This document shows, piece by piece, positions 1 through 14,070 of a stretch of DNA of 64,000 nucleotides; position 1 is the stretch's first letter; every line of letters starts with the position of its first letter. Below the pieces are notes generated by a model, which worked only from the letters and a program-made list of their open reading frames with translations, was not told the DNA's origin and ran no database searches. The stretch is from the human T2T-CHM13v2.0 reference genome, Homo sapiens. The translations under genes and the position numbers were made by a program. The stretch lies in the NCBI RefSeq assembly GCF_009914755.1, contig NC_060936.1; one strand, 5' to 3'.

Positions 1-279
1 GACCCTTTTGTAGGTGCGGATCTCCCGGATCCCCCACTGAGAATCACGCCCTGGGGGCCTGGGGTCTCCAGCTGTGGAGGGAGGTGAACCCAGGCCCGCC
101 TTCCAGGTCCGAGGGTGCCGCAGAAGGGGCCGGGGCAATGCCAGGGAAGGACTCAAGGTGGGGCCCACACACTCAGGAGGATGGACCCCCGGCCGAGCCA
201 TGTTGGCTGATCAGACCCAGTGCGGTTTGGAAGTTTCTCGCCACCCACCTGCCCCCCTGCCCGGAGAGAGTGGGTCAGG

Positions 280-1220
280 CGCCCTCCTCTCGGCTGGTAC
301 CTGCGCCTCGGTCTCTCCTGGCACCCCGGGGGTCACCCGCCCCGCGCCCTGCGACAGCACCGAGCGGAGGATGTGGCTCCCCAGCCTGGCCGGGGGCAGT
401 GAGTGGGGCCCCGGTGTCCAGCCGGAGAGGGAGGACGCTGCGGGCAGCCCCCTGCCTGGAGCCCCGCTCCGTGTCGGGCCCGGCCTGGCGTGGAGCCTCC
501 GTCCTGCCGCGGCTTCCTGCTCACACTGGCGGTGCGGGGCGTCCTCTGCTGGCCCTCGGGGAACCGCGGGCCGAGCTCAGGCCCAGGGGCGGGCGGCTTC
601 CCCGCGGGGAGGGACGAGGAGGCCGGGATCTGGGCGGGAGCGGGGACTCCTCCTCCGCCCGCTCGCCGGAGGCGCTCCCGGAGTGGACTGATATTCAGGT
701 CTGGGCGCCAGGGACGAGAAGTGCTCCTTTGTCTCAGAGCTGCAGACAGAGCTGCACCCAGCAGGGCTGGAGCCGGGGCTGGAGGGGAGGGCCCGCCCCG
801 GAGCGCCCCCCGTATGCACGTGAACAAGGCCGGGATTCAGGCTGCTGGGCTGCGGAGCCGGGCTTTCAGGAGCCCTCGGCGGGGACAAAAGAGCGCACTG
901 TCCCCCCGGGGGTCCTTGGCGGGGCTGCTTGTCCTTGTGGGCCTGAGTTTTTTGTCTTTCTGTGTTTTGAGTACGACATACAGCGAGCAGCCCAGGGTCT
1001 CCACAGGCGTCCGCCTCCCTCCCGCCCCTGGTTCCTGGGCACGGATGGGACGCGGCTCTCCGTGCCTTATTTTTGCACGGTGGCACCGTGGGCCGTGCGA
1101 TTGCAGCTTCGCACGCTATCTGGAGTGTCTGTGCCGGAGCCGCCCGTCTATTCACCTGGTTAAGCCAGGCTCGGCCTGCAGCCTGCTTCTGGCCAGAACT
1201 TCCCGGACTCGCGGCGAGAG
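280..1220. promoter_or_regulatory. CpG-island-like segment at the 5' end of MMP17 intron 1
   Basis: Very high GC and dense CpG by eye (e.g. ccccgcgccctgcgacagcaccgagcgg, GC boxes gggcgg); lies upstream of exon 2. Boundaries approximate. Confidence 0.65.
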
Positions 1221-1829
1221 TGTCTCGGGATCTGGGTCCTGGGTGGCAGTTGTGTGGTGGCAGATTTTGACAAGCTGCTCTAAAGTTTCTGCTCCATTTC
1301 TCCTCTCGGCAGCACAGCCTGTGGCTGTCATCACCGCGCCCACGGCACAGTGGCAGCTCCCTTGATCTTCTGTAGGAGGTGGGGTGGGGCGGGGCAGGTG
1401 GGGGGTACTGCTGAGGTTGTGGGATGCTGGGCCAGATGGTGCCAGGTGGCAGCCGCCCTCCATGTCCTGGCTTCTGCCGGTGGCCTCTGGGTTCCTGGCC
1501 CTCAGGACCTTGTCATCGCCCTGGCTGGGGCCAGGGTGTCCCCTCTCACCCTGCAGCTGCTCCCAGAGCTTCAGGCGAGCACCCCCAGCCAAAACCAAGA
1601 CAGGCAGGAGGGTTAGACCATGGCCTGATTTCGCCATGAGAGACGTCTGACTGTCCCTTGCTCCGCGGTCCCCTTCTGACAGCCGTCCTCATGGCTCCGG
1701 GGATGTTGTTTCCCTTGGACGTGGGCTTTGCCACCCAACTAAGTGCCGGGCCTCAGTCTCCCTGTCTGCGCAATGGGGCCAGTGAGGACAGGCTGCCGTG
1801 CGATCAGCGGAGGTGCTTCCGATCGTTCA

Positions 1830-2415
1830 GGGACAGGAAGGGGGAAGGCTGGAGAGGATCTGGGGGGGGACGGGAAGGGGGAAGGCTGGAGAGGATCGGC
1901 GTGGGGGGACCGGAAGGGGGAAGGCTGGAGAGGATCTGGGGGGAGATGGGAAGGGGGAAGGCTGGAGAGGATCTGGGGGAGGGACCGGAAGGGGGAAGGC
2001 TGGAGAGGATCTGGGGGGTGACGGGAAGGGGGAAGGCTGGAGAGGATGGGGAGGGACCGGAAGGGGGAAGGCTGGAGAGGATCTGCGGGGGGAAGGGAAG
2101 GGGGAAGGCTGGAGAGGATCTGGGGGGGACGGGAAGGGGGAAGGCTGGAGAGGATCTGGGGGGGAAGGGAAGGGGGAAGGCTGGAGAGGATCTGGGGGGG
2201 ACGGGAAGGGGGAAGGCTGGAGAGGATCTGGAGGGGAAGGGAAGGGGGAAGGCTGGAGAGGATCTGGGGGGGACGGGAAGGGGGAAGGCTGGAGAGGATG
2301 GGGGGACGGGAACGGGGAAGGCTGGAGAGGATCCGGGAGGGGGATGGGAAGGGGGAAGGCTGGAGAGGATCTTGTGGGGGAACGGGAAGGGGGAAGGCTG
2401 GAGAGGATCTGGGGG
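1830..2415. repeat. G/purine-rich minisatellite, ~36-38 bp unit (gggaagggggaaggctggagaggatctgggggggac), ~16 copies
   Basis: Core ggaaggctggagaggat recurs about 16 times; explains the repetitive ORFs 1658-3058 and others. Confidence 0.95.
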
Positions 2416-2592
2416 CACTGCAGGGTGTTCCCTGACACAGTGTCTTCCTGGGGGTTCCAGGGGCACTTTGCGCATGCGTGAGTTTGCCTCCTTGTTGGCA
2501 GCAGATCCCGTGGGACGCTTGCCCTGGCTGTGGACGCAGGGCAGGTGTCAGACGCATGCAGGGCGGCGTTTCTGTCACGCAGTGGGTGGGAG

Positions 2593-2667
2593 CCTCCTGG
2601 GCACCCGCCTCTGGGATTCGGGCCCTCCTGGGCACCCGCATCTGGGATTCGGGCCCTCCTGGGCACC
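2593..2667. repeat. Short tandem repeat, 31-bp unit x ~2.4
   Basis: cctcctgggcacccgc(c/a)tctgggattcgggc repeated directly. Confidence 0.85.
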
Positions 2668-3074
2668 GTCTGAGTGGGACAGGACGGCAGGGACAGGACG
2701 GGGTGTGGAGCCTGGCTTCCCCTGTGGACCCTGCAGTAATAAGCAAGTCCCCTCCTCATGTTGGCCCCAAGGGCTCCACGCGATCTGGCCCACCTCCTTC
2801 TCCACCCCGCCCCCTGACTCTGTCACACCCGCTCCTCTGCGCTGTGTGTTTTCCCTGCCAAAGGGCCTTTGCACTTGCTGTCCCCACCACCGTGAGCATG
2901 TGAGCACCGCCCCACGCATCACCTGGACAGCTCCTTCCGTGTCCCCCAGGATGTTCCCTGAGCACCCATTTCATCAGCCCTCCAGCCCATCCCTCACCCC
3001 CACACAGCACAGTGGTCACAGGCAGAGACCCAGAAGCCAACAGCCTGGGCTGAGCTGAGGATACATGTCCGAAC

Positions 3075-3700
3075 TCCCTGTGCCTCCGTGTTCTCATCTG
3101 TAAACTGGGAGTAATAAGAACACCCACTTCATAAGGTTAACCCTCAGTTGCCTGTGAGCACCTGCTTTGTGCCAGGCACCCTCCAGCAGGTACCACCCCC
3201 AGCCTTGCAGTGCCTGAGGGACATGGGCACGAATGACGTGGGCATGGTTGGGTAGTGCTGGATAACTGTTGGCTGTTAGGATCGAATAGAGCAGTTATTA
3301 CTGTTCAGGACATAATGACCGCCTGAGACGCGTGTATGTGTTCAGGTGTTTGCTATTTATCTTCCTCACGATCCCGTCTTCCCCTGTGGGCAGTGGGATG
3401 GGGTCCCGCGGTCTCAGTCTCTCCCCAGTTGCTCAGACAGACGGATTCAGGGGATCTGGCAGTGTCCCTGCGGAAGAGGCTGGAGCAAGGGGGTCACTCC
3501 AACCGAGGGTCAGCCCCCAGAGGAGGCCGGTGCAGGGGAACCCCGCATGGCTGAGTGGGTCAGACGTGGTTGCTGGGACCACACCACAGCTCCATCACTG
3601 ACCGTGTGCTGTGTGACCGTGGACAGGTTATCCACACTCTCTGAGCCTTAGTTTTCTCATCTGTAAAATGGGGCTGATGACACCTGCTCTCCCTGCCCCC
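3075..3700. mobile_element. MIR and L2 remnants
   Basis: MIR core motifs cctccgtgttctcatctgtaaactggga (~3082) and ctgagccttagttttctcatctgtaaaatgggg (~3641); L2-like gagcacctgctttgtgccaggcac (~3156). Confidence 0.6.
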
Positions 3701-6443
3701 AGGCCCCATGCAGGTTGGGTCACAGATGAGTATGGGGGTCGGGCCCTCATTCATCTGCAGGGGCCAGGCCCAGGCGCCACCACCATGGCACAGCAAGGCC
3801 ACACATGCACCCGCCAGCCAGGGTGCCCTGGGCGGGAGGGGCCGTTACAACCAATCAGTGCAACCCAAAGCCCGGGGACGGGGCCTGCACTCCATAAACT
3901 CCCCAAAAACCATAAATTCCCTAAAAACCGTCAAAGGGAATTCTGTGCTGTGTGCATTACGCCCTCTTAAGGCTGGAAACAGATACGCATTGTGTCAGAC
4001 AACAAGCATGGCTGAACGGTGAATCCAGAGTGGGCCTGGGCAGCTGCCTGCATCTGCGTCAGAGTCAGGGGCTGTGGGTGCCCACTTCCTGCCTGTGCCC
4101 CCCAGGGCAGGGCTCTGCCTCTGGCCTCTGTGTCCCCATCTTTGGTAATGGCCCAGCCCATGGGAGGAGCAGGAGAGCGGCCGCCTCTCCTAGGCAGCTC
4201 CAGAAATCAGCATCAGCCAGGGGGTGGCTGCCGTGGGTTGGGGCTCCCTGGAGCTCCTGGCAGCCCCCTCCCGCCTCCTCCCTCCTCCCGGCAGCCCCTC
4301 CCCCTCCCCAGTGGCCTTCTGGAAGGTTCACCCTGCTGCTGCTGCAGCACCCGCCCGCCACAGCCTCTGTTGCCCTGGAGACAGCGGTCTCCGTGGCGAC
4401 AGCAGAGGGAGGACCAGGCGGCGGGTGGGCGTGGAGGGGGGCAGGTAGCAGGTTCCCAGGATCAGACGCCCCCCTGCCTGCGTGGGATCCACAGGCTCTG
4501 TAGGTACTGGGGGCAGGGGGCAGGGAGGGGGACACCTGGAGCGGGGAGTCTGGGCCCCCACCCCAGCGGCCATCCTACAGCAGGCATCCCCCTACCCACT
4601 GTGGGTGGGAGTGGGTCAGGGTAGAGGCCTGGCGGGAGAGGAGGGGTGGGGAGGGGCAGCCACATTTGCCCTGAGCTGCTGGCTGCAGTGGGGGGGTTTG
4701 CCCCAGGACTGTGCTCCAGGCCTGGTTAACCCCTACTCCCCTTAGCTAACAAGCCCACCTTGCCACCACCACCACCCCATTAGCCTGGGTCAACATTTCC
4801 AAGCCCTAGCCAGGAATCAGCCGCCCCCTCCCAGATGGACCTGAGCTGCCTGGTGAGCTGCCTGCCGCCTCTTCCCTGCAGGCTCAGGCCTCCCCACAGC
4901 CGCGCCTCCACCCACACTGGGAGCACAGGACAGGTCAGGGCTGGGCGAGGGCGCCTCGTGGGCTCAGGAGGCCCCCTGGGGCAGGTGGCCACTTCTACCT
5001 GTGTCCACCCGAAGGCTGGTGGCTCCCAAACCTGCAAGGCTTGTTCTGTTGGGGTGTCCCTGGCAAACTAGGAAGTGGTTCCCACCCTCTCACTCCAGCC
5101 CCCAAGACGGCCCCTCCCAGGATGCCTAGCCTGAGATTTGGGGCACAGCCCCCTGAGCACAAACTCGTGTTAGGTAGGAGGCACCCACCAGCCCTGCCCC
5201 ACAGACCCACCACCCCCCAAGATTCGATGCCATTCTATGCTCAAATTCCAGTGCCTCTGGGGCCACAGGCGACAGTGCCTGTTTATCATGGGCGGGGCTG
5301 CCTGTCCCGGGCTGGTGCCGGGGCCCTGGTTCTATGAGTTGAAGCAGGCTGGCCGCTCACACCTGCAACTAAACCACCTGCTTCCAAACATTGGGCAACA
5401 TTCCACAGCCACTGGGAGTGCTGCCTGCCAGGCCCGGCTCCACTTTCCTGAAATGCATGTGGCCTCGTGGCCAGGCTGCCCAGCTCCCTGGGGACCAGAG
5501 TGGGGGGTGCCCCAAACCGCCACCGTGAACCCCACAGAGTAAATGGGCCACTCAGTGCAGCTACCAGCCATGACCTCAGCTTATAGACGGGAAGGCTGGG
5601 GGGTGAGTTGTCCTCCCAAGGGGTCTCAGCACCTGCTGGCCCAACCCAGGCAGCAGCTGGCCTGGGTGGGAAAGGCACCTGCCTGTGTGGACCCTTCCCT
5701 GGTGAGGGGGCAGGGGGTCATCATCCAATATCATAGATGATGTGAGGAAACTCCAGAGTGCTTCCTGGAGGAGGTGACAGGCTATTGTAACCATGAGGCA
5801 CAGTGGCCCTGTTGAGCTGTGATCTTAACAAAGGACTAAAAAGTGCAGAATGTGCTGATGGGCATCTCCAGCACCTACAGCGGTGACTGATCATGGGACA
5901 CCCTCAGTAAACCCTGCAGGTGCAAGGTAGTGTGGGACCGGATGCTCGGGGCCAAAGATCCCCACACCCTGGAGGTCAGGGCGGAAGTGGGAGGCCAGCT
6001 TGTCAAGGCCAAGGCTGTCACCCCCAAGGCCCCTCCAGAGAAGCTGCCCACCCCAGTCATGAACGTCCACTTTGACGTCCTGTCGTGCCTATAGCTTTGG
6101 AGGGGCCCCCAGTTCTGTACACACTCTTGGCTTCCCCAAGGGGCTGAGGGGCTGGGCTGGGTCAGTAGGGTTTGGAAAGGGGGTAAAGGCACAGAGGGGG
6201 GCCCCGGGAAGGACTCAGTGCTTCCTGGAAGGGGGATCTCGGGGTGTGCAGATCCCATGTAGTGTCTTGTGAGGCCCCTCCTGGCCAGCACGGCCTGTTG
6301 CTGATGCCCCTGGGACTTCCAGGATGGTGGTGCCTCATTCCTCTGAGCACTGCCTGCTGGTGGGCAGGAGGGTTGGCCAGGACCACCCCATCACCAGCTC
6401 CTGCAGACCAGAACCTGGAGGCCCAGCAGGTGGCATAAATGAG

Positions 6444-6658
6444 TCACAAGCATTTTCTTTTTTCTTTTTCCTTTTTTTTTTTTTAGGATTTCTTTAAAAA
6501 GTTATGTTTTTTTCATTTATGCATTTTTTTAGGTTAAGCCACATGAAACTACTAGTATTTATTTTAAATCAGAAATGGTCAAAAATGGGCACTTTCATAT
6601 GATTTGGCCAATGAATACATGAGAGGTGGTAAATAACAGCGATTCACAAGCATTTTCT
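6444..6658 (-). mobile_element. Short orphan retroposed insertion (6459-6643) with poly(A) tail and 15-bp TSD
   Basis: TSD tcacaagcattttct at 6444-6458 and 6644-6658; T-tract 6459-6484; AT-rich body unlike the GC-rich flanks. Confidence 0.8.
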
Positions 6659-7689
6659 AAATGTCCAGAGAAAAAAAAAAGACAGGTTTGCAGGCAGGGC
6701 AGAGCCCCCAGCACATCACCCCTGGCTTGTACCTTTCTGGAGCCCGCCTCACCCCTGCTGTGGTTCCCTGGGCTGGCGAGTATCCACAGGGCAGAGCAGC
6801 AGCTTCATGGCAGCCTGCAAGTGGGCACAGGCGCCATTTGGCGGTTGAAGAAACTGAAGCTAGGGGTGGAGGTAGCCCCCACAGATGGCACCCAGGCCTG
6901 CCATCCCCAGGTCCCCACGATGGCACCCAGGTCCCCACAGATGGCATCCAGGCCCCCCTGTCCCCAGGGCCCCTCCAGGGTAGCAGAGATGACTGGGGCA
7001 TGGGGCCAGGGCTTGATTTATGCCCAGGTTAAAGGGCTGCCCTCATTCCTGCTCCTACTCAGCTCCGGTGTGGGTAGCCTTGCACCCACCCCAGTGGGCC
7101 CTTCAGAGCAGAGCTGTCCCCTGCGCCAGGTGCTGGTGTGAACATTTTCCACGTCCTGGCTCACGTCCTCATCACCAGCCTGCCAAGGACTCTGAGGAAG
7201 GAGCCCAGAGGGGTGGACTGCCTTGCCCCAGGCACACAGCGGGGAGGTGGCTGAGTGGGATTTGAACCTAGGCAGCCTGGCTGGAACCTGGCTTTTGTTT
7301 CTGAGACAGGGTCTCGCTCTGTTGCAGACACAGTCTGCAACTCCTGTGCTCAAACGATCCTCCCGCCTCAGCCTCCCAAAGTGCTGGGATCTCAGGCATA
7401 AGCCACAGCACCGGCCAAGCCTGGGCTCTTATCTCCCCCATGAATGTACAGCATGGCCCAATTCCTTAAACTGGTGTCTGAGCCACAGCCTTTCTCAGCT
7501 GGGGTCCCAGACCTTGGATGCTAGACTTCCCTGTCACAAGTCAGCTGAGAGCCTGCATTTGACACTGGCCACATTTAAGAGCCTTTTGAAGGTTCCCTAG
7601 CATTTTGCGGTCTCAGGAGGCGTGGGGTGGGGCAGGGTTGCCATGAGTGGTTGTACAGGTCGTGCACGGCACAAGCTCACACCATCTAA

Positions 7690-8003
<314 letters not shown>

Positions 8004-8187
8004 GGGACATCAGGTTTATTAAGACACTTTTCCGGCAGCTGCCCAGGGAAGAGACAAGAGGTGCCTTGTGGGCAGATAGGGGGCTGGGAGGGGGCCTGCC
8101 CGGAAGCAGTGGTGGCCCGTGGCAGGCTTCTCACTGGGTAGGACCGGGCCCTCTGTTGCACCCCCTCACCCTGCTCTCTGCCCTCAG

Positions 8188-8320
8188 GAGTGGCTAAGCA
8201 GGTTCGGTTACCTGCCCCCGGCTGACCCCACAACAGGGCAGCTGCAGACGCAAGAGGAGCTGTCTAAGGCCATCACAGCCATGCAGCAGTTTGGTGGCCT
8301 GGAGGCCACCGGCATCCTGG
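8188..8320 (+). CDS. MMP17: MMP17 (MT4-MMP) coding exon 2, pro-domain
   Basis: ccctcag|GAG...CTG G|gtcagt; 133 nt; EWLSRFGYLPPADPTTGQLQTQEELSKAITAMQQFGGLEATGIL. Confidence 0.97.
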
Positions 8321-8604
8321 GTCAGTTCTCCAGGGGGCAGCGGGAGCGCCGTGGCCCCCGTCAGGTCTGCGCCCGTCGGCCATGCCCCCTCTGATCAGGC
8401 ACAGTCCCGTCTTATGCTTGAATGAACCTGGGTCCTGGCCTGGTGTAGCTCAGAGCCTGGGGCTGGTCCCCCAAAGATGACGTGGGAGGAGGGGGCGGCT
8501 CGGAGGCTGGTGCCAGAGTCAGGGCTCCCGCCCTTGGGGATGCTCGGGATCCTAGGGTGGGGAGTGAGCTGGGCTAGGCTCTGAGCTCCATGCTTTCCCT
8601 GCAG

Positions 8605-8734
8605 ACGAGGCCACCCTGGCCCTGATGAAAACCCCACGCTGCTCCCTGCCAGACCTCCCTGTCCTGACCCAGGCTCGCAGGAGACGCCAGGCTCCAGCCC
8701 CCACCAAGTGGAACAAGAGGAACCTGTCGTGGAG
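8605..8734 (+). CDS. MMP17: MMP17 exon 3, cysteine switch and furin site
   Basis: ctgcag|AC...TGG AG|gtgggt; 130 nt; PRCSLPD cysteine switch and RRRR proprotein-convertase site. Confidence 0.97.
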
Positions 8735-8968
8735 GTGGGTGCGTGGCCAGGGTGAGGAGCGGGGCCTCCGTGGAGGTGGGCGCGTGGCCAGGGTGAGGAA
8801 CGGGGTCTCCGTGGAGGTGGGCGCGTGGCCAGGGTGGGGAACGGGGTCTCCGTGGAGGCGGGTGCGTGGCCAGGGTGAGGAACAGGGTCTCCGTGGAGGT
8901 GGGCGCGTGGCCAGGGTGGGGAACGGGGTCTCCGTGGAGGCGGGTGCGTGGCCAGGGTGAGGAGTGGG
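8728..8968. repeat. 41-bp minisatellite (~5.8 copies) starting across the exon 3 donor
   Basis: Unit cgtggaggtgggcgcgtggccagggtgaggaacggggtctc at 8728, 8769, 8810, 8851, 8892 and 8933. Confidence 0.95.
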
Positions 8969-9039
8969 GCCCCCATGTCTCCGTGTCTGGGCCTGCTGTA
9001 GATATCCACAAACCAGGGTACTTCAGACAGCAGCAGGAG

Positions 9040-10150
<1,111 letters not shown>

Positions 10151-10564
10151 CCACTCACCTTCTGCTGTCCCCCGGAGTCAAAACTATCTCAGATGGGCCC
10201 TGGCTAGTGTGAGGGCTGGTGAACCGAGAGAGCCCCTTCAGTGGGGAGCAGGGGGATGGGGCAGACGGGACGCACCGTTGAGGGCCCTGGGGCTGATGGC
10301 TCCACGCGGGAGCTGACGTTTGCCTGTGGCCTGGGGGTCTCAGCCTGCCTGGGCTCTCATTTCCCTCCCTCCGTCATCTATCCCAGTGAACTACTGGAAC
10401 CGCCGTGAGTGCATCGGACGACTCCTGGCGTGGGGAGGAAGGCGGAAGATGGGGGAGACCCTCATAGGGGCACCCCCGGGCTGAGGAGGGGCGTTCAGGG
10501 AACCTCGGCCTGGGGCACGTGGCCTGTTCTCCGTGACTCACTCTGGGCTGACCCCTGCCTGCAG

Positions 10565-10848
10565 GGTCCGGACGTTCCCACGGGACTCACCACTGGGGCA
10601 CGACACGGTGCGTGCACTCATGTACTACGCCCTCAAGGTCTGGAGCGACATTGCGCCCCTGAACTTCCACGAGGTGGCGGGCAGCACCGCCGACATCCAG
10701 ATCGACTTCTCCAAGGCCGACCATAACGACGGCTACCCCTTCGACGGCCCCGGCGGCACCGTGGCCCACGCCTTCTTCCCCGGCCACCACCACACCGCCG
10801 GGGACACCCACTTTGACGATGACGAGGCCTGGACCTTCCGCTCCTCGG
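10565..10848 (+). CDS. MMP17: MMP17 exon 4, catalytic domain
   Basis: ctgcag|G GTC...TCG G|gtgcgt; 284 nt; includes HNDGYPFDGPGGTVAHAFFPG and GDTHFDDDEAWT (structural Zn/Ca motifs). Confidence 0.98.
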
Positions 10849-11615
10849 GTGCGTCTGGGGCAGCCCTCAGGGCAGAGTCAGGAGCCCCAGCGGCCTGTGA
10901 GGCTGAGGAGCAGCCATGGCCCCCCCATCCCCAACCCTGCGGCTGAAAACACACGCGGCTGCTCCTGAGCACGGCTGGGCATTTCCCACTAGGCCGATCT
11001 CACAGCATCTGTGCTCGGCCCGGCTGACCTCGCTGGGTGCTGGCCTGTCGGGCAGGGACACCGCTGGCTGAGCCGAGCTTGTCCTCATCACGTTCTCAGC
11101 ACCTGACAGAGCAGGAGGCCTGCGAGGCCTCTGTGGCCCCGGCTCAGTGTCACTCCCGCTAAGTCCCGTTGTCTGCAGAAGTCTCAGCTCTGCAGAGGCT
11201 GTTCTGACCTCTGGACTGTAGCCTTGGGAACCATGCAGTCCTGGGAGCCCAGGCCCGTCTTGTGGGGCCAGGGGGCAGTGCCCACAGCATTGGGCCTCAG
11301 GTCATCCGACCGACACCTGGCCCCGTGTAACCCAGGCCCCAGGCACAAGGTGTTATCTGTGTGGCCTTATGCAGAAAAGGTTATCAGCCGCTCCATGAAT
11401 GGTACAAAGACCCCAGGCCTGGGAAGCCCAGCAGGCCCCACAGAGCCCCCAGGGGAATCGCGTTAATTCCCAGTAACCCTGCAGAATCCCTCTGGCGTAG
11501 CCGGCATCGAGGCATCCCCATGGTCACCCCAGAGCATGGTGGGGGCCTGCTGGTCCCTCCCCGCGGGGACAGGGCCCTTCTTGCCCTTAGTTCACATGGC
11601 TCCCTGTGTCCCCAG

Positions 11616-11792
11616 ATGCCCACGGGATGGACCTGTTTGCAGTGGCTGTCCACGAGTTTGGCCACGCCATTGGGTTAAGCCATGTGGCCGCTGCACACTC
11701 CATCATGCGGCCGTACTACCAGGGCCCGGTGGGTGACCCGCTGCGCTACGGGCTCCCCTACGAGGACAAGGTGCGCGTCTGGCAGCTGTACG
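11616..11792 (+). CDS. MMP17: MMP17 exon 5, catalytic zinc site
   Basis: cccag|AT...TAC G|gtgagt; 177 nt; [11 protein letters not shown] (HExxHxxGxxH) and Met-turn SIMRP. Confidence 0.98.
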
Positions 11793-12439
11793 GTGAGTGT
11801 CTCCCCGAAGCCAGACACAGGGCCCCTGGAAGAGGGGTCAGAAACCCCAGGCACCCCTGAGCAGAGCCCCCCCGGGAGGGTTTGCTCTCCCCGCTGTTCC
11901 CTCCACGGATGGTGCCGTGCCAGCTGGGACGCTCTGGCCTGTCCACAGAGCCCACCCCTGACGTCCCCAGAGCCCCTAGATCAGAATTCCACCTCTGCGC
12001 CCCAGACACTGGTGGAGTTACGACAGGCAGGGTTGATGGCGTCCCAGGCCTGTGCAAATCACATTGCACGTCTTAAATCATCTGATCTTTGTGGCCATAT
12101 AAGGTAGGACTACTGTCCCCACTTTACAGATGAGAAAACTGAGGCACCCAGAGGTATGTAGATTGCCTGGGAAACCCAAGAGTAGCCAAGTCAGGCACCA
12201 GGGACCCCTCTGCTGGGTTCACATCAGGAAGTGAGGCAGAGCCCCTGTCCTGGGAGCTGGTGCCCCGGGGAGACAGCACACGTGCATCAGAGGCCGACGC
12301 GGTCATCTCACTTATACCCAGCCCCAGCTGCCCTCCACACCGCCCACCACACCCTGCAGTAGTGCTGCCCCTGCCGCCCGGACCCTCCCGGCCTCAGCAT
12401 CGTCCTTGCCGCTTCACATGCTCTGACATCCATGCATCG

Positions 12440-13790
<1,351 letters not shown>

Positions 13791-13985
13791 AACTCGGCGA
13801 GGGGTCTGACTCCCACCTCGACGTCAGCTCTGGGGGCAGCAGTCTCGCTGATCGCAGCTGCGCCCCCACAGAGCCTGTCTGCTGAGTGGCCTCGGTTTCA
13901 TCCCTGGGATTCAGAAGGGCTGGTGGGATGTGGGGGGAGGCGGGCGTCGGGGGTTTGAGGCCGTCCTCCTCCTTGTCTCCCGCAG

Positions 13986-14070
13986 GTGTGCGGGAGTCTG
14001 TGTCTCCCACGGCGCAGCCCGAGGAGCCTCCCCTGCTGCCGGAGCCCCCAGACAACCGGTCCAGCGCCCC
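13986..14070 (+). CDS. MMP17: MMP17 exon 6, proline-rich hinge
   Basis: ccgcag|GT GTG...GCC CC|gtaagc; 85 nt; VRESVSPTAQPEEPPLLPEPPDNRSSAP. Confidence 0.96.

Noticed and set aside
74-1365. Long overlapping ORFs (205-359 aa) in the CpG-rich segment
   Set aside because: Open in several frames because of high GC; Pro/Gly/Arg/Ala-rich, no domain, mostly non-ATG starts; intronic.
1658-3058. 466-aa repetitive ORF and its antisense partners
   Set aside because: Translation of the stop-free G-rich VNTR.
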